Made by a program: the position numbers and the translations under genes. Below the pieces are notes generated by a model. It did no database searches and was not told the DNA's origin. It worked only from the letters and a program-made list of their open reading frames with translations. 64,000 nt of DNA. It comes from an uncultured virus (IMG/VR IMGVR_UViG_3300011339_000326) (lineage: Duplodnaviria; Heunggongvirae; Uroviricota; Caudoviricetes). This document shows, in pieces, positions 18,501-27,549 of this stretch (the stretch's first letter is position 1; each line of letters starts with the position of its first letter). Location of the stretch: IMG/VR virus record IMGVR_UViG_3300011339_000326. One strand, written 5' to 3'.

Positions 18501-21500
18501 AGTTTTGGGCTCGGCGAGAGAGCGTTGGGCGAGTGCCTTATTGCCAGCCTCAAGCATCCGCATGATTCCAGATTTCTGACCGCTAAGAAGTTTGTCAGTA
18601 GCCAGAACCAAGTCCATTATGGCGTTGTTTTCGTCTTTACCCAAGTTTAAGATTTTGCGGATAGCACCCACAAAACGATTGAAGAACGACGGACCACCTT
18701 CGGAACCTTTGGCACCAAGCAGGAAAGTCTGCATAGCCTCATCGCTCATGCCGTAAGCAAGGAACTCTTGTGGGCTAGTGAAAATGGAACCGTGCTCTTT
18801 GAGACTCCTGATCTCGTGGGGCAATTCTCCAGCAGCCCCAAGTTGATTGAACCGGGCTTCGGCGCTCTTCATAATGCCCAGAATGTCTTTAGACGCTTGA
18901 GTTATTGCGTTGGTTGTGGAGAACCCGCGTTCCAGTGCCTTAAGGCCCAAGTACAGCTTCTGGTTCGTAGCTGCGTGCAGTAGTTCGTGCAGTACAACTA
19001 CATTGCTAACCCCATGACCTGAACCAAAGCTAGCACCGCGCAGGTAGACAGTTCTTTCGCCCGTTGCATCATTCTGTACATACATACCACGGGCTTTGGC
19101 CCACTCTGCCGCCACACGGGGGGTCTTCAATCGGTCAGGTACTGGGCTGTCTTTTTCCAGCACGACAAAATTTACGTTACCGACAAAGCTCCTAATCCGC
19201 TGGGCGACTAGCTTCTGAAACGGGGTGCCAGTCTTGATGGTGTGCGTAATTGCCTGCATACCATTTGTAAACTTGGAGAACTTAGGATCAGCCTTGGCTA
19301 TAGACGCTGCACCCTCTATGCTCGGCAGGGTCTTGACACCTTTCTCGTCAGCAACTTCGCGCTTGAGAGTTTCAAGTTCCGCAGGGGTAAACCGATTGCT
19401 ATGTTTCTCCAATGTGGCCTTAATGGCTTTGCGTATGGATTCAGTGCCAGTGCCTGAAGCCCGCAGCTTGAGGAGTTCTTTATACGCAGCACGGCGGTTT
19501 GTCTGATTGCCGGTATTGATCGCGGATTCAAGCGCAGTGGTCTGCTTCCCCGCTGCACGCTTAGTTCGTTCGTTGGCTGCATTAGTGGCCTTGCGCTCCG
19601 TTGCCTTGCTAGCCTCTTGCTCAGGCGTCAGTACAAGGGAAGGCCGACCACGTTTCTTGATCTCAGCGATAGCAGCCTTAGCCTGCTCAACCACTTCGTT
19701 TGCCGGTGGGTTTACTACAGGGGCTTCGGCTTCGGTAGGGGTTTCGGCTATTGGGGGGTTATGTAGATTGAGTTCATCATCCGTAACTTTAAAAGTTTTT
19801 GTAGCTACGCGGTTTCCGTCTTCATCGTAGCCGTCAGGGTGTTGGCTTACATCGACCTCAAGCGTGTAACTTGTTGGCACGTAGCTAGCTTTATCCTGCG
19901 AGGGCTCTTCTACTGCGACTACTTTTGCGGGTGCTCCGGGGTACCGCATCTGAACAACTTCTGCACCGGGGTAGAAGTGCGTCCACGGCTTGCCATTAAA
20001 ATAAGAGGTCAGTCTGTCTTTTTTCTCTTCTACTGCAGCGGGCTGTGTTCCTTCTCCCACTGCAGGCCCCTCAGCAGTAGCTCCAGTTGGAACCACTCCT
20101 CCGGGTTCAGACTCCGTAAGTCCTTCGGTTGCGGCAACTCCTGCGGGTTGTTCAGCCACAGTAGTGCTTGTTCTATCTGGTTCACCGACAGACTCTGTAG
20201 GGACAGTGGCTGGGACATTTTCAACTTCCTCTCTCTCAACTCGTTGCGTTGCAATCTTGATCGCGTCTTCTTCCGTAGCCCCAGTAATGTCTTCGAGTTT
20301 TAATGCCAGTTCCTTGATCCGCGCTTCTCGCTCTGCGGGGACTACAGGGGCTTCGGTTTTAGTTTCAGTTGCTGGCGCTGGGGTAGCAGCACCCACCTCG
20401 CCTATTTCACCTATACCAATATCCCCAAGGCTAAATTCTTCACCGGGGGCCGCAGCACCCATCTCGCCTAGGTTTGAAATATCAATAGGAGTGTTATCGA
20501 ACCCGGAAGCGGAATCAAGACGAGGGTCTAAGTTCGGAAGGTCGATAGGAGTGTTATCGAACCCCTCCATTTCACCTATGTCAGTAGCAGCAGTTGTATC
20601 TTCACCGGGGGTAGCCGTACCAATATCCCCTAGACCAAAGTCTTCAGTTGCAACAGGGGCAGTAGCCTCAGGGGCAGGGGCAGGGGCAGGGGCAGTAGCC
20701 TCAGGGGTCAGGAACCCCTTGCTCCTAGCCAAGAGTTCAGCAAGTCCGTCGGTGCTTGTGTCTTGTGTATAGCCTTGTCGTTGCCCCGGAAGCATACCCT
20801 TTACAGTAGACGAAGTTTTCTGCAGCGCTTGCACACCAGCGGAATGACCGCCAGCCATAGCAATACCGGTTATCAGTCCTTGGGCTGCAGCTTTGTCTAT
20901 GCCCTCATCCCAAGGCTTACCCGTTGCAATATTCTTAAAAATCTGTTCTTGAGTGGACTGAGGCATTTCTTCAAGAAAGCCTTCTTTGGCAATCTCTTTG
21001 AAGAACTTAGTGAGGAACGGACCTTGCCCTACGCCTACACCTTTGACCCCAGCGGACCGAGCAGCAATATTTGTCTCCACATCCCCTATGCCGAATTTCT
21101 GCCCCACTTTGCCAGACACAGCACCAATGGCTGCAGTACCGAACCCCGCAGATAAGGCGGGTAGCACATACGCATTCCAATCCCTGCCCGACTGCCTACC
21201 AGCTTCTGCGATAGAACCCGCTGTTTGGGCGCCTTCAGCACCCCCAGCAACAGATGCAATTTTGAAAGCCTGCTTTTTAACCTTGTCGGTGATAAACTTC
21301 TCCGCCCTTGCACCACGTAGCCCTAGACTAGACGCTTCCGCTGCGGCCTTACCGACCAGAAAACGTACAAATTGACCACCTACAGCGCCAGCAGCTACTG
21401 TGCCGGGCAAGGATTCTGCAACACCTCCAATAAGCGCTGTAGGGTTGACTGCTAACGCCTTCAGAGTGTCTAGAAAGCCCACTGCTTCTTTTACGTTTTC

Positions 21501-22298
21501 GGTAGCATTCTGGCGAGTCAGTGACTGGAAGCCAGTCAGAAACTTATCCGTGCTCTTAGGGTTGTAACCTGCTTTAGCAAGCACGCGCCCCGCTGCACCG
21601 CCAGAAGTCAGATCAAGCAAGCCTACGTAGCTTTCACCAAATCCAACAACACCTTTAGCTACATCAAGTCCGGTGTCTGAAGCAAAGTCAGTAACGCCGT
21701 AATCTTCGTTTTTAGCACCCGTGCGTAACTTTTCTCTAGCTGCTTTTGCGTCGGCTTCTTTCTTAGCCCCGATAGCTACTAGCCTGTTAGCTTCTTTTGC
21801 AGCCTTACGATTTGCTTCAGTATCTGGAAGCTGCGGTATTTGCCTACCCTCAAGCACAGAACCTTTACGGTCCCCATCCCCAACAGGTACGCCAGTAGCC
21901 CAATCACGAACAGCATTCATGCCCGTGCCAAGAGTATCGAGAAAGCCCCCGGAAGCGGGGGCTGGAGCTTGAGCTTGGGCTACTGGCGCTTGGGCTACTG
22001 GCGCTTGGGCTACTGGCGCTTGGGCTACTGGCGCTTGGGTTACTGGGGCTTGGGCTACTGGGGCTTGGGCTACTGGGGCTACCGGTGCTGGGGTCGCAGA
22101 GGCCAAGGCTTCCGCTAACGTAAATTCTTGCGGGGCAACGGCTTGCGCAGCCATAGCCGGTTTTTGCCCACGACCTTTCATCGCCGCATCATAGTCCCCA
22201 CCGGGGTTGCGATCCTCCCACTCAGCGCGGGAAGGTATCTTAGTAGGAGCAACAGGGGCGGGGGTTAATACCTCCGCAAGGGTGAACTCTTTCGCCAT
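15528..22298 (-). CDS. 2256-aa large polyvalent / DNA-ejection protein with a zincin-like metallopeptidase motif
   Basis: Last gene of the virion operon; VVLHELLH...QEFLAYG; low-complexity linkers; helical C-terminal region. Confidence 0.75.
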   Translation of the reverse strand: MAKEFTLAEVLTPAPVAPTKIPSRAEWEDRNPGGDYDAAMKGRGQKPAMAAQAVAPQEFTLAEALASATPAPVAPVAQAPVAQAPVTQAPVAQAPVAQAPVAQAPVAQAQAPAPASGGFLDTLGTGMNAVRDWATGVPVGDGDRKGSVLEGRQIPQLPDTEANRKAAKEANRLVAIGAKKEADAKAAREKLRTGAKNEDYGVTDFASDTGLDVAKGVVGFGESYVGLLDLTSGGAAGRVLAKAGYNPKSTDKFLTGFQSLTRQNATENVKEAVGFLDTLKALAVNPTALIGGVAESLPGTVAAGAVGGQFVRFLVGKAAAEASSLGLRGARAEKFITDKVKKQAFKIASVAGGAEGAQTAGSIAEAGRQSGRDWNAYVLPALSAGFGTAAIGAVSGKVGQKFGIGDVETNIAARSAGVKGVGVGQGPFLTKFFKEIAKEGFLEEMPQSTQEQIFKNIATGKPWDEGIDKAAAQGLITGIAMAGGHSAGVQALQKTSSTVKGMLPGQRQGYTQDTSTDGLAELLARSKGFLTPEATAPAPAPAPEATAPVATEDFGLGDIGTATPGEDTTAATDIGEMEGFDNTPIDLPNLDPRLDSASGFDNTPIDISNLGEMGAAAPGEEFSLGDIGIGEIGEVGAATPAPATETKTEAPVVPAEREARIKELALKLEDITGATEEDAIKIATQRVEREEVENVPATVPTESVGEPDRTSTTVAEQPAGVAATEGLTESEPGGVVPTGATAEGPAVGEGTQPAAVEEKKDRLTSYFNGKPWTHFYPGAEVVQMRYPGAPAKVVAVEEPSQDKASYVPTSYTLEVDVSQHPDGYDEDGNRVATKTFKVTDDELNLHNPPIAETPTEAEAPVVNPPANEVVEQAKAAIAEIKKRGRPSLVLTPEQEASKATERKATNAANERTKRAAGKQTTALESAINTGNQTNRRAAYKELLKLRASGTGTESIRKAIKATLEKHSNRFTPAELETLKREVADEKGVKTLPSIEGAASIAKADPKFSKFTNGMQAITHTIKTGTPFQKLVAQRIRSFVGNVNFVVLEKDSPVPDRLKTPRVAAEWAKARGMYVQNDATGERTVYLRGASFGSGHGVSNVVVLHELLHAATNQKLYLGLKALERGFSTTNAITQASKDILGIMKSAEARFNQLGAAGELPHEIRSLKEHGSIFTSPQEFLAYGMSDEAMQTFLLGAKGSEGGPSFFNRFVGAIRKILNLGKDENNAIMDLVLATDKLLSGQKSGIMRMLEAGNKALAQRSLAEPKTSKAALTPEEEAEQLDKDASKAAKTTANSRAGEELGKAVSIQAALRDPIQIWRALSGAWDGMNDSARSRISNFFDLDAIARGPGERIPALQDVAKIMQQMSGMTQNILRSTSKIAEQTKRFYRDHPDARVAFENLVHTTTLAKYDPAKVGNTARNVPLDTAFAALPEKGQQLYRDLRDYYKAMNELQVHLVTENLDKLDIPDADRKRLIAGIREIYEKENRIEPYFPLMRHGDFILKIGKRGSANYLSMRFDTKAERERAAQNYADSQGVNVQELVQDGYIVKSQDVGGVELRRSIESSSELLKAGYAAIDAAPIGYAIDPTPVRAAMKDNLYQAYLASMPEGSTRKMFIHREGTAGFSSDVLRNLNSYGLKASKAYSKLKFGTPVRQALAAAERGLVGPEEKYRPFVTRAKEMVAEYLEPPNKTGIAQGAEQITDMVTKVSFIRNLTSWSSAMLQPADVVLKGTPILVGNHGPKALAVLSQRMKIWNQYGVVQKNADGTTTWRAPSIEFARGLTPEQRKAVRDMNAMYGVTNDTLANEVFSQARKTGSKLDSKWVENSKDAANTLIMGGLMHHGERLSREVMFLTSYDLYRGEGLPHAEAVHSAVQEVTEALGNYAAYGKPMIMRGAGGKLVTMYKFFPLITTKLLVNNFFRMLPLMNKEGKVAAATKFFGIMGTHLLAGGLTALPLFGVVMSIIGAAWAKWGKDPDAPAEMKDVDYLTWWKSVYMDKVFGSTHIADLLKTGVLNKLTGWDISSRISLNDMWFRELPHSKNLSETAMNLAWVLAGAGASTALDIAKGVQLGINGEYELALEKILPASISKLLIANRYATEGVEDTRGVKLLEKGKLPASAIAGQALGFRPAKAAEAQERGFKASAAVKTIEENKNKIAAEIKDSFRKSMDLSKPESYRQRFDDKFDEAVDKLRDFNVAYPKYKFEPGAISALIAADKKIKADLEKNAGVRVSPKNVSIVGDAVDSAIEALESYDKKEAKP
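21972..22090 (-). repeat. 15-bp tandem repeat (about 7 copies) encoding (APVAQ)n
   Basis: Repeated gcttgggctactggc units. Confidence 0.9.
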
Positions 22299-22311
22299 AT
22301 TAACCCTTTGA

Positions 22312-25300
22312 TTACCGTGCTATAACAGTAAACTTCTTAGTCTTAGCATTCCATATTGCTGGTACTGCTGCTCCAGCGGGACCTTTAGGGATCAAATATA
22401 CCGCACCGTTCACCAATCCTGTTTCTGTAGGGTTGGCTGGCAACGGAATAGGGGCAGCTTGAGGGGCAGCTGGAGGGGCAGCTTGAGGGGCAGCTGGAGG
22501 GGCAGCGGTAGGTGCGTTTGCGCCGGGTCTAGAAATCTTAGCGGCGGTAGCAGCTTGCGCTTCCATTACTTCCCCTACTCGAGCTTCAATAATTTTATTT
22601 TTTTCTGCGGGTGGTAATTTTCTAGTCTCCCTATCAGTATCTACTTCGTCTGATATCCTAGCCCTAAGTGCCTGAGCAAGCGTTTCACGTTTAAGCTGAG
22701 CGGCTTGATCAAGAGCGTTGGCAGTATCCTCACGCTTACCGGGCCCTGCTTCGCTAACGCTTGTACCAAAGGAAGTACGCGCTGCACTCAACACTTCCAT
22801 AGCAGCATCCGCTTTTGTTTTATTCTCAAGGGTTGGGTTTAGCCGGTACGCAGTTACAGCAGCAAGTGCTGCCTCAGGAAGTTTTGCTCCTGTTGCTTCT
22901 TTCGGGGGCTTCGTAGCTGCAAGAATACCTTGCTGCATTGTGCGCTGACGGTAGTTTTCATCTTGTCTAGCTGCGTGAGCGGCACGCCGGTTCTGTTCAG
23001 CGGTGGCAACTAACGCTTGAGCCTCACGGTGCAAGCCCATTTTTTCTTTGCGCTCGGCGTCGGCCAAGTTAATACGCATGTTTTGCAAGGCGCGTTCTTC
23101 TGCTTGTGACGCCTGATTCGAAGCACCATAAGCCCGCCCAAATGTTGCGGCACCTGCACCTAAACCACGAGCTAAGTCGTTGCCTTGCAGCATATCTCCA
23201 GCGGCTTGTATTGCTGCTAGCCCCATATTCTGTCTTTTGTTAGTTGCGTTTGCTTCTTGCATGCGTTTGATGTTCGCACGCTCTTCGTCATATTGGCTGG
23301 GCCCAGCCGAATCTGTAAGTTCTTTCCTAGCTGCCATCACCGCCGCCAGACGTTGCTCGGGGGTTTGTTCCGCGTATGCCGGGGCTGGAGTCAGGTAATC
23401 TTTGTACAGCTTTCTGAGCAACCCTTTACGCATGCCTTCTTCGTCTAACTCTGGCTCTTCTACGCTAGCGTTAATCCCAGTATCACTAGAAAAACTTGCG
23501 TTAGGGTTGTAACCAAATTCATCCATGCCCCCACGGGCAAAAGCAACGATGCCTCCACGGGCCATGCTCTGTTCAGTTGGCAACATCTGCGCCATGTCTA
23601 CGGGCAAAGCGCCAAGGCCATTTTTCATAGATGCACGGGCAGCTTTCTCCATTTGAATGGCCTGCAGTTGCTCTTGATCCCCACGAGCTTTTGCCGCTTC
23701 TTCAGCCTGAGTCAACTGTTGATCTGACAACTTGTGTACGATGCTTTCAATGTTCTGCTGGCTATCGACGCTACCGCCGTCGGCAAAGAACTGCTTCAGA
23801 CCCCAAGCAGCAGAGCCTGCGGAACCTAACATTTGACCGAATGACGGGGAACCCGGATTTTGAGTGCCGGTGTAATTAGTGGTGCTGCCAATTGGAAGCC
23901 CCCGCATCATGTTAGCCATGTTGCTCAATTGCTGCTGCGGGTACTCCCGTTGGTTCTGGTAGTCTTGGTACGCTTGGTTCAGCCCTTGCTGCCCCATAGC
24001 TTGTTTCTGCGCACCGTAGGCAGCTTGTAACTGATTGACATCCATACCTTGCTGAAACTGCTGTGCACCCAAGCCACCCAACTGCCCTGAGGCGCTCAGA
24101 CCTGTCTGAAGTCCCTGCATACCGTAATTTGCACCAAACTGCTTAGACTGCTCCGCTGCTTGCTGCGCAGCTTGTCCATACTGAGCGGCCATCTGAGCGC
24201 TAGTCATACCTTGATTAGCACCAAACTGCTTAGATTGCTCCGCTGCTTGTTGCCCAGCTAGTCCGTACTGAGCGGCCATCTGAGCGCTAGTCATACCTTG
24301 ATTAGCACCAAACTGCTTAGACTGCTCCGCTGCTTGCTGCGCAGTTAAACCCGCCTGCTGGTTGGCAAGTTGTGCCTGCATACTTTGACCAGAACCAAGC
24401 TGCTGCGTTTGTAGGTTAGCCGCAAGATTTTGTTGTCCTACGGTCAAACCGGCTTGCTGGTTTGCCAGTGCCGCTTGTTGCGCCAACTGAGCGTCCTGCA
24501 TTGATGCGGCTTGGTTAAACTGGCCTTGCTGCAGACCATACTGCCCTTTTAGCGATTGGTTTGACAGGGCCGCTTGTTGCGCCAACTGAGCATTTTGCAG
24601 ATTGGTGTTGTAGCCCATCTGAGAATTGAACTGCCCCGTTTGCATACCGGCTTGCTGATTTGCTAACAACGCCTGCAACCCGGTCTGCTGATTGGATTGC
24701 TGGGCTTGGAGCCCTGTTTGCGCTTGAAGCCCTTGCGTTTGCAGCGCAGCGCTTAGGTTTTGAAGTCCCGTTTGTTGTTGAACCCCTTGATTTGCCTGCG
24801 CAGCAGTAAGACCTGTTTGTTGGTTAGCCTGTGCTGCCTGAAGTCGTGCTGCTTGCTCTGCATTGAACTGTTGTTGTGCGTTTTGAAAACCTGCTTGTGA
24901 CCCCGTAGCTTGTATATCCCCCATCTGCTGAGCAAGATTTCGCTCCCGCTCTGCACGCATAATAGCGTCCCGCGAACCACCAAAAGCCCCCGCTTGAGCC
25001 GCTTGTGCTTGCTGCTGCGTCCCTTGAATCCCCGATTGCCGTGCAGCCTCTCGCTTTTGTATATCGACGACACTCTGCATGTACGGTGACATGTAGGCAT
25101 CGGCAGTGCCGGGTTGGGTAAAACTATTTGTGCCGATACGCTCTGCTGAAATATCCCCTGCAGCCCGCATCTGCAAATCGCGCAAGGGCAACGCTTGGAT
25201 TCGTTCGGCTTCAGCGCGTTCAAAACTTGTACGTTCGGGTCCTTGCAACTGGGCAGCGGAGACTTCGGGAGCATTTTGCAACTGGGCAGCGGAAGTTTTT

Positions 25301-25791
25301 TGGCCGAACACATCCGCTGGCCCTTCCATTTGGTAGTTAGTAAGGGTTGGAGAATCAACTTTGTCGTAGTTAAAGTTGCTAGATGTATATTTATCTGGTG
25401 CAGAAAACTGATTGCTAAACGCGCTAGCACTGTATGGATTTGGCGCAGAAAACTGACTGTCAAATTCACTCGGAGAATAAGAGGCCGATTTGGCTTTATT
25501 AGCAATGTCCCCAGCTATACCCGCCGCTTGCGCTGTAAGGGGGGAGGTTTGCATGTTCGCAGCTTGCTGCTGCGCTTGTAGCTGCATGGGGTCAAAACCT
25601 TGAATGCGTTTAGCCCCGTAGGCTTCGTAGGGTCGGTCTGCAAGCGCGGCTTGTTTGGCTAGCGTGTCTTGCGCATAGCCTTTAGCCCAGTCGGGTAAAC
25701 CCGTAGTCGATGTGCCACTCGAAGAAGCAGGGGAACCGCCCATAAAGCCGTTCAACGGCATCAGCTTGCGTTTCAGGTCCAAAATATTCAT
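22312..25791 (-). CDS. 1159-aa Gln/Ala/Gly-rich ejection (pilot/internal virion) protein
   Basis: Position after the GNAT-like gene; AFGGSR motif; QQ-rich coiled coil. Confidence 0.7.
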   Translation of the reverse strand: MNILDLKRKLMPLNGFMGGSPASSSGTSTTGLPDWAKGYAQDTLAKQAALADRPYEAYGAKRIQGFDPMQLQAQQQAANMQTSPLTAQAAGIAGDIANKAKSASYSPSEFDSQFSAPNPYSASAFSNQFSAPDKYTSSNFNYDKVDSPTLTNYQMEGPADVFGQKTSAAQLQNAPEVSAAQLQGPERTSFERAEAERIQALPLRDLQMRAAGDISAERIGTNSFTQPGTADAYMSPYMQSVVDIQKREAARQSGIQGTQQQAQAAQAGAFGGSRDAIMRAERERNLAQQMGDIQATGSQAGFQNAQQQFNAEQAARLQAAQANQQTGLTAAQANQGVQQQTGLQNLSAALQTQGLQAQTGLQAQQSNQQTGLQALLANQQAGMQTGQFNSQMGYNTNLQNAQLAQQAALSNQSLKGQYGLQQGQFNQAASMQDAQLAQQAALANQQAGLTVGQQNLAANLQTQQLGSGQSMQAQLANQQAGLTAQQAAEQSKQFGANQGMTSAQMAAQYGLAGQQAAEQSKQFGANQGMTSAQMAAQYGQAAQQAAEQSKQFGANYGMQGLQTGLSASGQLGGLGAQQFQQGMDVNQLQAAYGAQKQAMGQQGLNQAYQDYQNQREYPQQQLSNMANMMRGLPIGSTTNYTGTQNPGSPSFGQMLGSAGSAAWGLKQFFADGGSVDSQQNIESIVHKLSDQQLTQAEEAAKARGDQEQLQAIQMEKAARASMKNGLGALPVDMAQMLPTEQSMARGGIVAFARGGMDEFGYNPNASFSSDTGINASVEEPELDEEGMRKGLLRKLYKDYLTPAPAYAEQTPEQRLAAVMAARKELTDSAGPSQYDEERANIKRMQEANATNKRQNMGLAAIQAAGDMLQGNDLARGLGAGAATFGRAYGASNQASQAEERALQNMRINLADAERKEKMGLHREAQALVATAEQNRRAAHAARQDENYRQRTMQQGILAATKPPKEATGAKLPEAALAAVTAYRLNPTLENKTKADAAMEVLSAARTSFGTSVSEAGPGKREDTANALDQAAQLKRETLAQALRARISDEVDTDRETRKLPPAEKNKIIEARVGEVMEAQAATAAKISRPGANAPTAAPPAAPQAAPPAAPQAAPIPLPANPTETGLVNGAVYLIPKGPAGAAVPAIWNAKTKKFTVIAR
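22451..22506 (-). repeat. 15-bp tandem repeat encoding AAPPA/AAPQA
   Basis: ggggcagct(t/g)ga units. Confidence 0.85.
24131..24344 (-). repeat. 87-bp tandem repeat (about 2.5 copies), 29-aa unit QQAAEQSKQFGANQGMTSAQMAAQYG
   Basis: gcaccaaactgcttag at 24131, 24218 and 24305. Confidence 0.9.
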
Positions 25792-26195
25792 AGCTTTACC
25801 CCAACAATACGGTATTTTTCTTTAAAGCCGTAGCGTTGCCACAGCCTAGCAATTGATTCCCTAGCAGCACCTTCTATAGTTGTAGCACCCATAGACCTTG
25901 CATAGGCCCGTAGTTGCTCAAACGTATCCTCATTGCTTACTAGCTTACCGCCTATAGCAGTAATAAATGCAACCCGATCATCAGGGCGATTGAAAAACTC
26001 AACTGTCGCTGCACCGTGGATAACACCAGAATCATCAACCGCGACGATCAGTGCCCACTTACCTTGGGTTACGAATACCTTAGCATGCGTTACTGTGTAG
26101 TCCCCATTGGAATGAGCTAGCGCATCGGATATAAACCCCTCAACCTTGTCCCAAGTATAGTTCACCCACTCTGAGGCGACATACTGTATTTTCAT
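25788..26195 (-). CDS. GNAT-fold protein (P22 gp14-like position)
   Basis: YARSMGATTIEG...RLWQRYGF pattern; immediately upstream of the ejection genes. Confidence 0.65.
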   Translation of the reverse strand: MKIQYVASEWVNYTWDKVEGFISDALAHSNGDYTVTHAKVFVTQGKWALIVAVDDSGVIHGAATVEFFNRPDDRVAFITAIGGKLVSNEDTFEQLRAYARSMGATTIEGAARESIARLWQRYGFKEKYRIVGVKL

Positions 26196-27235
26196 GCTGG
26201 CAGGTGTTTATCCATGCGGCTGTTTGTAGCAACATTGTTTTTACCCATAGACTTTGCACGCCCTGCTTGAATACGAGCAAGCATGGCATACAGCTTACGC
26301 GCACCCGCTTCAGTCGATCCATTGCCTAGCTCGGACACGATACGCGCAGGGACCACAAATTCACCATCGGCAAGTCGCGCAGGTTTTTTTGCTCTGCCAA
26401 TAGTTGCCGGGATGCTATCTGACACGCCATCACCGGGACCGCGCAGGAGTCGTCCGCCATCTGAGTAGCCACCGAGGGTGCCAAGTCCACCACGAGCAAA
26501 ACGCCCAACTACACCGCCGTTAGCTTGCGGACCAGCATCTCCTTGACCACCTCCGTTTTCGCCGCCTTGACCACCGCCACCGCCGCCACCGCCGCCGCCA
26601 CCGCCGCCACCATCACCACCATCACCACCATCACCACTATCAGCACTATCAGCACCTGAAATGGCATTTGCCATAGCGTCTGCAAGTGCCGCTTGAGAAT
26701 CTACATTAGGTGCATTCTGGTTAGTACGACCCTCATGGCTGTAGTTAGGGTCTACGTTTCTGGCGATTGCGTCTGAAATACCTCTTAAACCCATATTGCC
26801 CAACGTAGCTGCTGCGCTATTTGCAAGCGAAGCTAAACCCGTTGTTGGTCCGCTAACGCCATTGATGTTAGTAGCGCCGGGGATACCGTAACCACCCCCC
26901 GGACCCGGACCCGGCCCGTTCTCCCCACCAGCGGGAGGTTCTAGCGTGGTTGCTTGGGTTGTCGGGGTCGGGGTCGGAGTAACGGCACCAGCGGGAACCC
27001 ATGTGTATTGACCCGTTGCTGCGTCGTACACGTACTTGCCGCTACTGTAGGTTTTTTCTCCAGCCGCTGCGTTTGCAGTGTCAATAGCTGCAGACCTAGG
27101 CGAGTAGCCGTAGTACATCTGTTCTTTGCCGAAGTTACTACCGTAGTTACCGTTAGTGGGTACATCGGGTTGGGGAAACTCGTATACCTGAGGCAGTGGA
27201 GTTACAAAATAGTTGGGGTCGTTTCTGAGGCTCAT
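26192..27235 (-). CDS. Gly-rich virion protein with GPGDGVSDSIPA...LADGEFVVP domain
   Basis: Motif resembles tape-measure C-terminal modules; poly-Gly tract. Confidence 0.7.
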   Translation of the reverse strand: MSLRNDPNYFVTPLPQVYEFPQPDVPTNGNYGSNFGKEQMYYGYSPRSAAIDTANAAAGEKTYSSGKYVYDAATGQYTWVPAGAVTPTPTPTTQATTLEPPAGGENGPGPGPGGGYGIPGATNINGVSGPTTGLASLANSAAATLGNMGLRGISDAIARNVDPNYSHEGRTNQNAPNVDSQAALADAMANAISGADSADSGDGGDGGDGGGGGGGGGGGGGGQGGENGGGQGDAGPQANGGVVGRFARGGLGTLGGYSDGGRLLRGPGDGVSDSIPATIGRAKKPARLADGEFVVPARIVSELGNGSTEAGARKLYAMLARIQAGRAKSMGKNNVATNSRMDKHLPA

Positions 27236-27549
27236 ATTGCGGTCTTTATTCTAAGCACTTGGCTGTTGATGGTAGCACCCGTAGTGGTGTCTCGATAGAC
27301 GTCCCCGATTCTCAAACTGGCAAATTCAACGTCTGTCGGCAAGCTGGGGGACGTGCCAGACGTAGGGAAAAAGCTCAAGCCCGATACTACATCGGTTCCG
27401 TTAGTTTGTGTAGACCCTGCCATTGGCCCAGCGTTGTCCAGTTGGTTGAAGTACAGCCGCAACAAACTCAACAGTTGGTTCATGTAAACAGGGTCATACT
27501 CCTGCGGGGGGCTAGGTAGCCGGGGGGCTACTACGTTCTTTTGTGCCAT
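27232..27549 (-). CDS. Putative tail/needle-position protein
   Basis: Coupled to the gp10-like gene; P.LP.PP.EY...LRLYFNQLD. Confidence 0.6.
   Translation of the reverse strand: MAQKNVVAPRLPSPPQEYDPVYMNQLLSLLRLYFNQLDNAGPMAGSTQTNGTDVVSGLSFFPTSGTSPSLPTDVEFASLRIGDVYRDTTTGATINSQVLRIKTAI

Noticed and set aside
26540..26660. (CCG/CCA)n tract as a regulatory microsatellite
   Set aside because: It encodes the poly-Gly/GDG linker of the 347-aa protein with varied codons.
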